Positions 49,637 to 58,711 of a DNA stretch of 64,000 bases are shown here, piece after piece. The stretch covers positions 32,001 through 96,000 of IMG/VR virus record IMGVR_UViG_3300042507_006854. The stretch is one strand, 5' to 3'. How positions within the stretch are numbered: the first letter of the stretch is position 1; the number at the start of each line of letters is the position of its first letter. This DNA comes from a virus. The translations under genes and the position numbers were made by a program. Below the pieces are notes generated by a model. The model saw only the letters and a list, made by a program, of their open reading frames with translations, was not told the DNA's origin and made no database searches.

Positions 49637-50529
49637 GACTTTTAGAACTTTTAAAAGATGCTGGGTGTAATCCTAGGTGCTATGGTAGTTATCTTACTTG
49701 TACTGCTCGCTATCGTGGTGGTGATGACCCTGGATCTGTAGCTATTTATCTGCAGACGAATATTGTCAAAGATTTTGTCACGGGACACTCTTTTTCTTTG
49801 GAAGAGTTTCTTAAACTAACCCTTAAATTAAAAGACCTGAAGCAAGTAGAACAAATTCTTGAAGATAAAGCAAAGTATTATACAGGATTTAATAATGATG
49901 TAGAAGACCCTTTTAACAGAAGTGTTAAATATTATTCACGGGAAGATATTGTAGATTTAAAACAAGATGGATCATATTGGAATCGTCGCGGGATTAGCGA
50001 TGAAACATTAAAAGTTTTTGAGGGGGGTATTTGTGAAGTGGGTAAAATGTATCAAAGATATGTATTTCCAATTTTTGATGCTCGCAAAAAAATTCAAGGA
50101 TTTTCTGGCCGTGATGTAACGGGTAAATCAAAAATTAAATGGAAACATATTGGCCGCAAAAACGAATGGGCGTATCCATTTATATTTAATTATAAATTTA
50201 TTAGAGAATCGAAACAGTTAATTCTTGTTGAAAGTATCGGAGATATGCTTTCTCTTTGGGAAAGTGGAATTAAAAATACCGGTATAACTTTCGGGACTGA
50301 AGCTGGTGGAGGCTTGTTAAAAGCGATTATTCGCCTTGATCCCGACCAAATAGTCATTGCGACCAACAATGATGAAAACAGGGCGGGGCAAAAAGCGGCT
50401 ATGAAAATACGCTCAACACTCATAGACGGATTTTTTGACCCCGCCCAAATTCATATTTGCCATCCATTTAAAAATGATTTTGGAGATCAAACTATAGAAG
50501 AAAATAAAGAATGGTATTCTAACTTATGA
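49633..50529 (+). CDS. DnaG-like primase (TOPRIM)
   Basis: RGIS, RYVFPI, GFSGR, LVESIGD, NND..GQ.AA; the N-terminal Zn-binding region is degenerate. Confidence 0.85.
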   Translation: MRLLELLKDAGCNPRCYGSYLTCTARYRGGDDPGSVAIYLQTNIVKDFVTGHSFSLEEFLKLTLKLKDLKQVEQILEDKAKYYTGFNNDVEDPFNRSVKYYSREDIVDLKQDGSYWNRRGISDETLKVFEGGICEVGKMYQRYVFPIFDARKKIQGFSGRDVTGKSKIKWKHIGRKNEWAYPFIFNYKFIRESKQLILVESIGDMLSLWESGIKNTGITFGTEAGGGLLKAIIRLDPDQIVIATNNDENRAGQKAAMKIRSTLIDGFFDPAQIHICHPFKNDFGDQTIEENKEWYSNL

Positions 50530-50948
50530 GAAGTACTTGGGAACAACATGCAATGAATTTAGCTGCTATTGCGATGCAGCGTTCAGAGGATCCATATCAA
50601 CAAGTAGGAGCTTGTGTTTTAGGGCATCATAACGAAGTTCTGGCTGTCGCCTATAACGGCCTTGCTGCTGGAGTCAATGTAACACGGGAATTTTGGAGTG
50701 ATCGTGACGCAAGACGACCATATATGATTCATGCGGAAAGTAACTGCCTTGCTAGAATTAAAATGGGCGAAGGCAAACTTTTGGCCTGTACTCTTCTACC
50801 ATGTTCCGCATGCGCTACTAATATTGCTGCTTATGGAATTAAGCATGTTATTTTTAAAGATATCTATAATAGAGATACAAAATCAGTAGATATTTTTAAA
50901 TTTTATGGAATTTCTTGCCATCAAGTCGATCCAACATATCCATTATGA
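50526..50948 (+). CDS. dCMP deaminase
   Basis: RSEDP..QVGA, YNG, HAE and PCSAC motifs. Confidence 0.9.
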   Translation: MRSTWEQHAMNLAAIAMQRSEDPYQQVGACVLGHHNEVLAVAYNGLAAGVNVTREFWSDRDARRPYMIHAESNCLARIKMGEGKLLACTLLPCSACATNIAAYGIKHVIFKDIYNRDTKSVDIFKFYGISCHQVDPTYPL

Positions 50949-51940
50949 GTGAACTAGTAAAACTTTCAGCCAGTAGAATCAAGACATTACAATCATGCTC
51001 TTGGATGTATTATTGCAATTATAATCTTAAATTGCCACAAAAGAATAATTCCGGAGCAATGCGTGGCACTGTAGCGCATTTAATCTTCGAAGTGTTGGCT
51101 AATCCTCGGCACGAGCATTACGTTAAAAAAATTGTAAAAAATAAAACGTGCCTAAAGTCTCCAGCAGTTTTTAAATTAATTATAAAGGCCGCTAAGCGCG
51201 AAGGGCTCGATTTAGATGAAATGGTCGCACCACTTAAAAAGAGTGGGCAAGAAATAACTAATCTTAAATGTATAGATGAGATGATTTTAGTTGGTTTAAA
51301 ATTTGATTTTATTGGAGATTATAAACTTATTGGTTCGGAATGGGAGTTCGATATTACCAGTGAGGAACCCAAGTATAGAATTGGTGGATTTGTTGACCGA
51401 ATCTTTAAAGATAAAAATCAAATGATTATTCGAGATTTTAAATCTAGTAAGAAGGCTTTTAAAGGAGACGAATTAGAAAGTAACCTACAAGGAATGATGT
51501 ACTCTCTAGCTCTTCGTAAAAAATACAAAAAACAAAAAGATATTTTAGTTAGATTCTTATTTTTAAGATATCCCGATGATCCAGAAAGAGAGTGCCCGCA
51601 TTTCAATGAAGAGGAGTTAATTGGTTTTGAGCATTACCTTGAATATATTAGTGAATATTTAAAAAACTTTGATGAAAAAAAGGCTCGATCAAATTTTGCT
51701 TCTAGCGAATTTAGTCGTAAATGGATGTGCAAAACAAAATCTGGATGGCGTTGTCCATACTTAGATCCAATTGAATATAAGGTTCTTATAGATAAAGATG
51801 GTAAAACTATTAAATCAATTTTTGCAAATGAAGAGTTTAAAGAAAAAGATTTAAAACCCGAATATCGTATTGAAGTAAGAAAATATGAAGGATGTCCAGC
51901 TTGGAAGCAAACTCAATCAAATAATGACTTTGACTTTTAA
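50945..51940 (+). CDS. PD-(D/E)XK exonuclease (RecB/Cas4-like)
   Basis: LSASRI...C, GTVAH, GFVDRI, DFKS, Q..MY and a C-terminal Cys cluster. Confidence 0.8.
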   Translation: MSELVKLSASRIKTLQSCSWMYYCNYNLKLPQKNNSGAMRGTVAHLIFEVLANPRHEHYVKKIVKNKTCLKSPAVFKLIIKAAKREGLDLDEMVAPLKKSGQEITNLKCIDEMILVGLKFDFIGDYKLIGSEWEFDITSEEPKYRIGGFVDRIFKDKNQMIIRDFKSSKKAFKGDELESNLQGMMYSLALRKKYKKQKDILVRFLFLRYPDDPERECPHFNEEELIGFEHYLEYISEYLKNFDEKKARSNFASSEFSRKWMCKTKSGWRCPYLDPIEYKVLIDKDGKTIKSIFANEEFKEKDLKPEYRIEVRKYEGCPAWKQTQSNNDFDF

Positions 51941-51958
51941 AAAAAGTATTGTTAATAT
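51930..51958 (+). promoter_or_regulatory. Sigma70-type promoter
   Basis: TTGACT-N17-TAATAT; supports ATG 51967 as the start. Confidence 0.65.
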
Positions 51959-51966
51959 TAGGTTCA

Positions 51967-52716
51967 ATGCTACCAATCTTTAGATCAAACTACTCGTTGA
52001 GTTCGGTTCTTACTCTAGAGCCATATTCTCCTATAGAGAATCGTGCTTTAAACCAACCCGACTCTGTATTTGATATTTGTAAAGACTATGGTATTGAAGA
52101 TGTTTTTATTGTTGATAACACCTTAACTGGAATGGTAGAAGCTTATGAAAATTCAAAAAAAGCAGGTTTAAATCTACGTTTTGGATATCGAGTAAACGTT
52201 TGTCAAGATATTGAAAATAAAACTCCAGAGTCTGAACTTACAGAAAGCAAATTTATTATTTTTGCTCTTAAAAATTCGTTTACAGATTTAATTAAATTGC
52301 ATAATATTTCTACTACAAAAGGAATTTATAATGGAAAACCTCGTCTTGATTTTAAAACTTTAAAAGAAAATTGGAGTAAAAATCTTTTGTTTGCGGTACC
52401 ATTTTATGATTCATATATTTATTATAATCTTTTATATGGTCGTCAATGCGTTCCAGAATTAGATTTCACTGATCCTGTTTATTTTATTGAGAATAATGGC
52501 TTACCATTTGACGATCTTTTAAGTAGTCATATTAAAGAAACAATTAAAGATCATGAAATCGTTTTGTCTAAAACAATTTATTATCGTGAGAGAAAAGATT
52601 TTAAATCTTATATGACGTATCGCTGTATTTTGAATCGGACAACATTCCAAAAACCAGAGCTACGTCATTTTGGAAGCCAAGAATTTTGTATGGAGGCACT
52701 GAAAGAAAATGCATAG
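51967..52716 (+). CDS. Stand-alone PHP domain of DNA polymerase III alpha
   Basis: FRSNYSL, VDN..G, LRFG and PRLD match the DnaE N-terminus; metal-binding His residues are missing. Confidence 0.75.
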   Translation: MLPIFRSNYSLSSVLTLEPYSPIENRALNQPDSVFDICKDYGIEDVFIVDNTLTGMVEAYENSKKAGLNLRFGYRVNVCQDIENKTPESELTESKFIIFALKNSFTDLIKLHNISTTKGIYNGKPRLDFKTLKENWSKNLLFAVPFYDSYIYYNLLYGRQCVPELDFTDPVYFIENNGLPFDDLLSSHIKETIKDHEIVLSKTIYYRERKDFKSYMTYRCILNRTTFQKPELRHFGSQEFCMEALKENA

Positions 52717-53341
52717 TAATCTTCTACGTTTTAATAAAAAGCAAAAATATATTGTTTTTGATACGGAAACCGAATCTTTAGCATTAGCTTTAACTAGGCC
52801 TTGGCAACTTTCTTGGCTAGTTTATGATGATCATAAAATTGTTAAAAATGAAGATCACATGCTTTATTGGAAAGATTTGAATGTTTCTGCTGATGCGGCT
52901 AGAATTACAAGATTCGATTATAATAATTGGAAAGAAAAATCTGAAGACCCAAAAGAAGTTCTCCAACTTTTTGAAAGCTATCTTTACAATCCAGATTATC
53001 TAATAGTTGGCGCAAATCTTTTCGGGTTTGACATTTATGTTATAAATACGTTACGCAGAATTTTAGGATTGAAATCAGACTTTTCATATCTTGATCGTGT
53101 TTTAGATATACAATGTATTCAAAAAGGTATATATATGGGACTGAAATCTGTTCCAGAAAATAGAACAGCTTGGCAATATCAAATGTATCATTATGTCAAG
53201 AAAGGGGTAAAGACTTCTGTTAAACATCTATGTGGTCTTTATGATATCGAATATAATGATTTAAAAGCTCACGATGCTGTTTATGATAACGAAAAGTGTC
53301 TTGAAATTTTTAAGAAACAAATTTTGACAATTGAAATATGA
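52709..53341 (+). CDS. DEDDh 3'-5' exonuclease (epsilon-like)
   Basis: FDTET, GAN..FD and AHDAVYD motifs. Confidence 0.9.
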   Translation: MHSNLLRFNKKQKYIVFDTETESLALALTRPWQLSWLVYDDHKIVKNEDHMLYWKDLNVSADAARITRFDYNNWKEKSEDPKEVLQLFESYLYNPDYLIVGANLFGFDIYVINTLRRILGLKSDFSYLDRVLDIQCIQKGIYMGLKSVPENRTAWQYQMYHYVKKGVKTSVKHLCGLYDIEYNDLKAHDAVYDNEKCLEIFKKQILTIEI

Positions 53342-55872
53342 AATTTTTAGAACAATTTAAAAATATTGAGATGAAAAATGTCAACCTTGTGAGGTTGCCA
53401 AATATTTCTTTTACAAAAGAAGAGAAAGGTTTATTGGCTGAAAAAGCAGAAACAAACGAACAATTCCTTCAACAATTAGTAAATGAAGGATGGAAAAAGT
53501 TTCGTGATAAGATCCCAGAGCATAAAAAGAAAATCTATCTTGATCGTATCAAAGAAGAATTTGACATTGTCAAAGATTTAGGTTTTATTGATTACTTTCT
53601 TCTTGTTTGGCGTGTTATAAACAAAGCTCGTCAGCTTGGGGCTTTTATTGACTGGGGTCGTGGTTCAGCGGCGGGTAGTCTTATTTTCTATTTGATTGGC
53701 GTTACTGGTGTTGACCCAATCGATAAGAATCTTTTCTTTACTCGTTTTATTTCTAAAACTCGTGCTAAAAAAGAAGTCATTGACGGAGTCACTTATATTC
53801 AAGGAGATCTTGCTCCAGATGTTGATATTAACTTGGGTGGAGTTCGTGATGAGATTATTGAGTGGCTTAAAAAATGCTACCCGAATAAAGTTTGCAAAAT
53901 TTCTTCTGTTTCTACTTTTTCTGGAAAAATTCTGGTTAAAGATGTTTTTAAAATCATGAATGAGGCCTCGGAAGAAGATGCCAGTCATTTAGCAGATACT
54001 ATTGGCAAGCATTTCGGAGTTGTTGAAGATATTGAAGATTCTTATAAGAATAGCGAGAAGTTTCGTGATTGGGCTGATCGTTACGCAGAAACTTACCAAG
54101 TAGCTTTAAAATTGCGCGGATTAATTCGTGGGAAATCTACTCATGCAAGCGGATATTTTCTTTCATATTACCCTCTTGACAAGTTTGCTCCTGTCGAGAT
54201 GAATAAAGAAGGTGAGTTAACCATTTCTTATGAAATGAATACTGCGGCGAAGTTTGGTATCAAACTTGATCTTCTTGGTCTTATTAGTAATGAGATTATT
54301 AAAAATGTCTTTGAATTAATTTCAGAAAAATTTGAAGATATTAATCTTGATGATAATCCAGAAGTTTATACTCATCTTCAACGTGAGGACTTGCTTCCAT
54401 ATGGACTCTATCAAATTAGTGCTGATTGTGCTTATCGTGTTTGCAAAAACATTCGTCCAGCAAATATTGCACATTTGAGTGACGTAAATGCTATAGCCCG
54501 ACCTGGAGCCCTTGCTTACGAAAAAGATTACATTAATTTTAGTGGAGAAGCTCCACATGAAAAACTCGCCCCAGTATTTGCGGAAACGCGTAATCTTCCT
54601 CTTTATCAAGAACAATTAATTCAAGCTCTTGTTACGGTTGGTTTTACTGCTGACGAGTCTGAATATATTCGTCGTATTATTGGTAAAAAGAAACGGGACG
54701 AAATGCCCAAGTGGAAAGATAAAGTTTTCGAGATCTGTGAAAAGAATGGGTTTGGAGAACAGGTTGCGGAAGCTATTTGGAAAGTCATGTTGGATTCCGC
54801 TGACTACAGTTTTAATAAATCGCATTCTTACTGTGTTGCCTATCTGGGAGCTTTAACTGTTTATCTCAAATATAAGTATCCTTTGGAATTTTTTACGGCA
54901 TGTCTTAACGCTATTCAAAAGCTTCCTGATCCTATGGACGAAATCAGACAGATCGAGAGGGAACTGCCTTATTTTAATATAAAATTGCTTCCGCCAAGCT
55001 TATTGAAGTCGGACATAGGATTTACAGTCGAGGGCAAAAATATTAGATATGGTTTAAGCGCAATTAAAGGCGTTTCAGATAGCTCAATTGAAAAACTTAT
55101 TAAATTCCGTGGAGAATATGATAATAAGATTGATTGTTTCTTAGCTGCAAAACAGGCCGGATTAAACATTGGTATTGTTTCATCCCTTATTCAAGCTGGA
55201 GCGCTTGACGATCTTGGTTCGTCACGCCCACATCTTGTTTTACAGGTTCAAGCCTTTAATCTCTTAACCGATAAAGAAAAACGTCTTGTGAAGGGTTTGC
55301 ACGATGAAGGCGAAAATAAAAATATTCTTAGTATTATTCAATTGCTTGTAGATAAAAAGCAAATTAAAGAATCTCGTTTTGAGACGTTTAAGAAAAAGTA
55401 TGCGTCTTATAAACAAATTTATGAGTTAAATAGTCGAAACGAGGCACTTACAAATTATTTTTATGAAAAGAATTGTCTGGGTTTTAGTTATAGTCAAAAC
55501 CTCACTGAGATCTTTAAACAAGGTAACCATAATTTTATTACTATTAAAGACGCTTTTGAAACTAAAGAAGATAATGATAGAGTATTGTTAATTGGGGAAA
55601 TTGTTGAACCACCAAGACAATCTAAATCTAGAAATGGTAATAAATTTTTTAAAGCGAATGTGGCCGATGATACCGGTAAAATTTCAGTTCTTCTTTTTGA
55701 TGGTCGCTTTGGACTGTTTGAAGATTGTAAAGATAAGAATGGTGGCGCATTCCCAGAAGAGGAAGATATTGTAATTGTTAAAGGGCGTTTAAAAGGAACA
55801 GATGCTATCTTTGCAGATGAGATAGTTAAGCAAGACTGTAAAATATATAAGAATATGAGAGACTTAAAATAA
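53338..55872 (+). CDS. dnaE: DNA polymerase III alpha catalytic subunit (lacking PHP)
   Basis: GRGSAAGSL, PDVD, HASG, KLDLLGL, YQEQ, FNKSHS, IRYGLSAIKG and a C-terminal OB fold. Confidence 0.92.
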   Translation: MKFLEQFKNIEMKNVNLVRLPNISFTKEEKGLLAEKAETNEQFLQQLVNEGWKKFRDKIPEHKKKIYLDRIKEEFDIVKDLGFIDYFLLVWRVINKARQLGAFIDWGRGSAAGSLIFYLIGVTGVDPIDKNLFFTRFISKTRAKKEVIDGVTYIQGDLAPDVDINLGGVRDEIIEWLKKCYPNKVCKISSVSTFSGKILVKDVFKIMNEASEEDASHLADTIGKHFGVVEDIEDSYKNSEKFRDWADRYAETYQVALKLRGLIRGKSTHASGYFLSYYPLDKFAPVEMNKEGELTISYEMNTAAKFGIKLDLLGLISNEIIKNVFELISEKFEDINLDDNPEVYTHLQREDLLPYGLYQISADCAYRVCKNIRPANIAHLSDVNAIARPGALAYEKDYINFSGEAPHEKLAPVFAETRNLPLYQEQLIQALVTVGFTADESEYIRRIIGKKKRDEMPKWKDKVFEICEKNGFGEQVAEAIWKVMLDSADYSFNKSHSYCVAYLGALTVYLKYKYPLEFFTACLNAIQKLPDPMDEIRQIERELPYFNIKLLPPSLLKSDIGFTVEGKNIRYGLSAIKGVSDSSIEKLIKFRGEYDNKIDCFLAAKQAGLNIGIVSSLIQAGALDDLGSSRPHLVLQVQAFNLLTDKEKRLVKGLHDEGENKNILSIIQLLVDKKQIKESRFETFKKKYASYKQIYELNSRNEALTNYFYEKNCLGFSYSQNLTEIFKQGNHNFITIKDAFETKEDNDRVLLIGEIVEPPRQSKSRNGNKFFKANVADDTGKISVLLFDGRFGLFEDCKDKNGGAFPEEEDIVIVKGRLKGTDAIFADEIVKQDCKIYKNMRDLK

Positions 55873-56631
55873 TTAGTATTCTTTAACAATTTCAAAAGAA
55901 CCTTCTACATACCCACCGGCACTTACAGTAGACTCAGAACTTGTAAGCTTACCATTTTGAATACTCGTATTAACACCGCCGCCGCCACCACAAATAGCGC
56001 CCACGCTTACAGTCACATTGTCAGAACCAGGGCATTGAGTTACAGCACGACCAGCATTTAAACCACGAGCGGTAATTGATTGTCTTGCGCTTCTAAAAGT
56101 AATCCCTAAAGCCGTTTGAGAACCTAGAATATAAATAGGTTCCCATTCTATAGATGCATTATATTCAAAACCAATAGCATTAGAAATTGCGGCAGAAGCA
56201 GATCCATGTCCAATTGGGGCGTCTTGTACAGTTCCCCCTCCGCCTTGACTCATAGGGCCACCACCAGGACCAAAAACAGTAAATGATAAAGATCCATTTA
56301 CAATTGCATTTGCTTCTGCTGATAGCGTATGGCTTGTTAAATAAGCTTTTGCAAAAGATTGACCTCCAATAGAAACACTAGTTCCCTGATAAACTCCTGG
56401 ATTAGCGACAATTGCTGAAAAAATACTAAAACCGGGGTCGCCAGCCGAAATAATATAATCAATATTAATAGTTCCTTCTACCGCCCCATTTGGAATGGTA
56501 GCAATAGCATTTTTCTGACCTAGGACTCTGACGCCCTCCATAGGAACTTGGAAAGAATAACTAGCGCTATTGGCGTATAGATTAGATCCGCCAACATTTA
56601 CAGAAACATTTGTATAATTAATAAGGGACAT
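55873..56631 (-). CDS. Putative tail tube-like protein
   Basis: Internally duplicated beta-rich pattern; paralog of the adjacent gene; ATGTAA 11 nt upstream. Confidence 0.45.
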   Translation of the reverse strand: MSLINYTNVSVNVGGSNLYANSASYSFQVPMEGVRVLGQKNAIATIPNGAVEGTINIDYIISAGDPGFSIFSAIVANPGVYQGTSVSIGGQSFAKAYLTSHTLSAEANAIVNGSLSFTVFGPGGGPMSQGGGGTVQDAPIGHGSASAAISNAIGFEYNASIEWEPIYILGSQTALGITFRSARQSITARGLNAGRAVTQCPGSDNVTVSVGAICGGGGGVNTSIQNGKLTSSESTVSAGGYVEGSFEIVKEY

Positions 56632-56642
56632 ATTAATATAAT

Positions 56643-57437
56643 TTACATTAAAAATGAACGAAAGGTCAGCTCCATTGTGGTAGAATTTTCCACATCTCCG
56701 TTATAATTAGTTGAAACAAGTCTAGCGTTTGGAGCATAGAAACTTTCTATAATTTGAGAATTATCACAATTTTTAAGATCTATAGTTATATTCTGAATAT
56801 CGGGAGAACAAAGTAGTGTTTGTATATCGGGCGATTCGTAATCATCTATTTCTAAAGTTAAATTAAAATCAATAGAAATTGGTTTTTTAAGGAAAACATC
56901 GGCGGGATCAAAACTTCCAAGTACGAATATTGGAACTCTTTCACATGATACATTATATTCAAATGAGGTAATACGATTAGTAGTGCCTTGATTTGCGGAT
57001 ACAAAAATATTACCAAAATTAGCCACATAAATTTTATCTGAATTAATGGAGGGAGTAATCGGGGTTGTTATATTACCCCCAATATTACCATATACAACAA
57101 ATTCCGTATCTATATTAGCAATATCACCAACAGAACAGCTAGCATTATAATTTACTAAATAACCGCTTTGAAAGCCAAAAGATTGATTTTTATAATTTAC
57201 AAATCCATTACAGGGAGCATCTCCAGTTAAAGATTTTAAAGGATCGGCATTAATTAAAAATCTACTAAAATTTATATTTCTAGTTAATTCTCCTTGAACT
57301 GTTGCGCCAAAGTTATTTCCTAATAAATCCACATTCTCATACGGAATGTCGATATTTCCATTAAAACTAGTAACTCCAGAAAGCTCTTGGCCATTTATAA
57401 TTAGTTTTTGATCTGGATGTATTATTCTACCGTACAT
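56643..57437 (-). CDS. Putative tail tube-like protein
   Basis: Shares FEYN...PI(F/Y).LG and (A/G)YL motifs with 55873..56631; GTGTAA 8 nt upstream. Confidence 0.45.
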   Translation of the reverse strand: MYGRIIHPDQKLIINGQELSGVTSFNGNIDIPYENVDLLGNNFGATVQGELTRNINFSRFLINADPLKSLTGDAPCNGFVNYKNQSFGFQSGYLVNYNASCSVGDIANIDTEFVVYGNIGGNITTPITPSINSDKIYVANFGNIFVSANQGTTNRITSFEYNVSCERVPIFVLGSFDPADVFLKKPISIDFNLTLEIDDYESPDIQTLLCSPDIQNITIDLKNCDNSQIIESFYAPNARLVSTNYNGDVENSTTMELTFRSFLM

Positions 57438-57445
57438 AACTTATT

Positions 57446-57488
57446 TTACACTTATTTAAGGGTGGCTTAATTTTTATAATTAATGTAA
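57446..57488. promoter_or_regulatory. Back-to-back late-type promoters (GTGTAA on -, ATGTAA on +)
   Basis: 8 and 9 nt from the divergent ATGs at 57437 and 57498. Confidence 0.55.
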
Positions 57489-57497
57489 ATTATATAT

Positions 57498-58379
57498 ATG
57501 CCGATTCCAAATCCTAAAAAATCAGAAAAACAGGGAGATTTTGTTTCTCGTTGTATGGGCGATGAAACTATGAATAAAGATTTTCCTGATCAAAAGCAAC
57601 GCGCCGCAGTTTGTTATTCACAGTTTAAGAAAGCTAATGCGAGCATTGAAGCGGCAGAAAGTTTAGAAGAGTATAAGCAAGATTTTTTCAATATGTCTGT
57701 AGGGTCTTTAAATTCTATTAAAAAACATGCAGAAAATATTCTAGATTCTTTAAATGATCCGATGGTTAAAAATAATTTAACCGAATCTTGGTTACAGGGA
57801 AAAATTGCTATTACTGAAGATTACATGTTAACAATTCATAATTATGTAATGTTTGTAGATGAAAATGGAGAGGAATCAGAAGAATCAGAAGTAGACGCTG
57901 CTGCAGAAGATCTTACTGTAGATAATCTTTATATTCCAGAAGAATCTGAATATGTTTCTGCAGAAGAAGTAGTATTTGATGAAAATGATGTTGTAGAAAT
58001 AGACATTGCAAAAGAAAGACCTGGTCTTTGGGAAAATATTAGACGTAAAAAGAAAAGAGAAGGCAAAAATTATAAGCCAGCAAAACCTGGGGATAAAGAT
58101 CGCCCATCTTCAGAAGCTTGGAAAAAAGCTCAAGGCGCTGAATACCAAGGTCGAAAAGTCACTTTAAATAAACCATTCAGAACTCCAGGTGGTCCTAAAA
58201 AATTTGCCGTATATACTAAAAATCAAAGCGGTAATGTTGTAATCGTAAGATTCGGTGACCCGAATATGAAAATTAAAAAGAATATTCCTGAGCGCAGAAA
58301 AAGTTTTCGAGCCCGACATAATTGTTCGAGTCCTGGTCCAAAATGGAAAGCTAGATATTGGGCTTGCAAAAGTTGGTAA
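57498..58379 (+). CDS. Multi-module hypothetical phage protein
   Basis: MPIP...FVSRCM module, acidic linker, GLWENIR module and basic C-terminal module AEYQGRKV...VRFGD...ARYWACKSW. Confidence 0.65.
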   Translation: MPIPNPKKSEKQGDFVSRCMGDETMNKDFPDQKQRAAVCYSQFKKANASIEAAESLEEYKQDFFNMSVGSLNSIKKHAENILDSLNDPMVKNNLTESWLQGKIAITEDYMLTIHNYVMFVDENGEESEESEVDAAAEDLTVDNLYIPEESEYVSAEEVVFDENDVVEIDIAKERPGLWENIRRKKKREGKNYKPAKPGDKDRPSSEAWKKAQGAEYQGRKVTLNKPFRTPGGPKKFAVYTKNQSGNVVIVRFGDPNMKIKKNIPERRKSFRARHNCSSPGPKWKARYWACKSW

Positions 58380-58385
58380 ATTTTA

Positions 58386-58414
58386 TTGACTAGTTAAAAA
58401 AATAGTTCTATCAT
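58386..58414 (+). promoter_or_regulatory. Sigma70-type promoter
   Basis: TTGACT-N17-TATCAT with ATG 9 nt downstream. Confidence 0.7.
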
Positions 58415-58423
58415 ATTGGCTAT

Positions 58424-58711
58424 ATGATAGTAACATGGACAGTAGAAGGTGTCGATTGGTCAAAAAATATAAAAGCGAGTATTGACTCCGAGCCTTCTGA
58501 AATTGCCACCCGTGGGGTAGAATCTATTTTAGAATCACTAAAAACAGAAGAAGATTCAATTCAGTTCGGCGCTATTTTGAGAGTCTTTCATAATAAAATG
58601 AAAGACGAAGGCGAGCATTGGATTATTTATGCTCCACCAATTTTAGCTAATGCTGGTCATTATCAAGATGCCGAAGAGCTTAAGCAAGCCTCGGAAAGAG
58701 AATTCTTGTGA
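58424..58711 (+). CDS. Hypothetical protein
   Basis: 95 aa ORF immediately after a promoter. Confidence 0.6.
   Translation: MIVTWTVEGVDWSKNIKASIDSEPSEIATRGVESILESLKTEEDSIQFGAILRVFHNKMKDEGEHWIIYAPPILANAGHYQDAEELKQASEREFL

Noticed and set aside
50945-51940. Cas4-like nuclease as evidence of CRISPR-Cas
   Set aside because: No repeat-spacer array or other cas genes; it sits in a replication operon, as is common in phages.
37328-55872. Inteins or introns in nrdJ, recA, dnaB or dnaE
   Set aside because: Lengths and motif spacing are normal; no intein termini or group I elements seen.
3366-55895. Short nested or antisense ORFs in the track (e.g. 3366, 13844, 26083, 34213, 46560, 53665, 55494)
   Set aside because: They are shadows of longer motif-bearing genes, with no motifs or promoter support.
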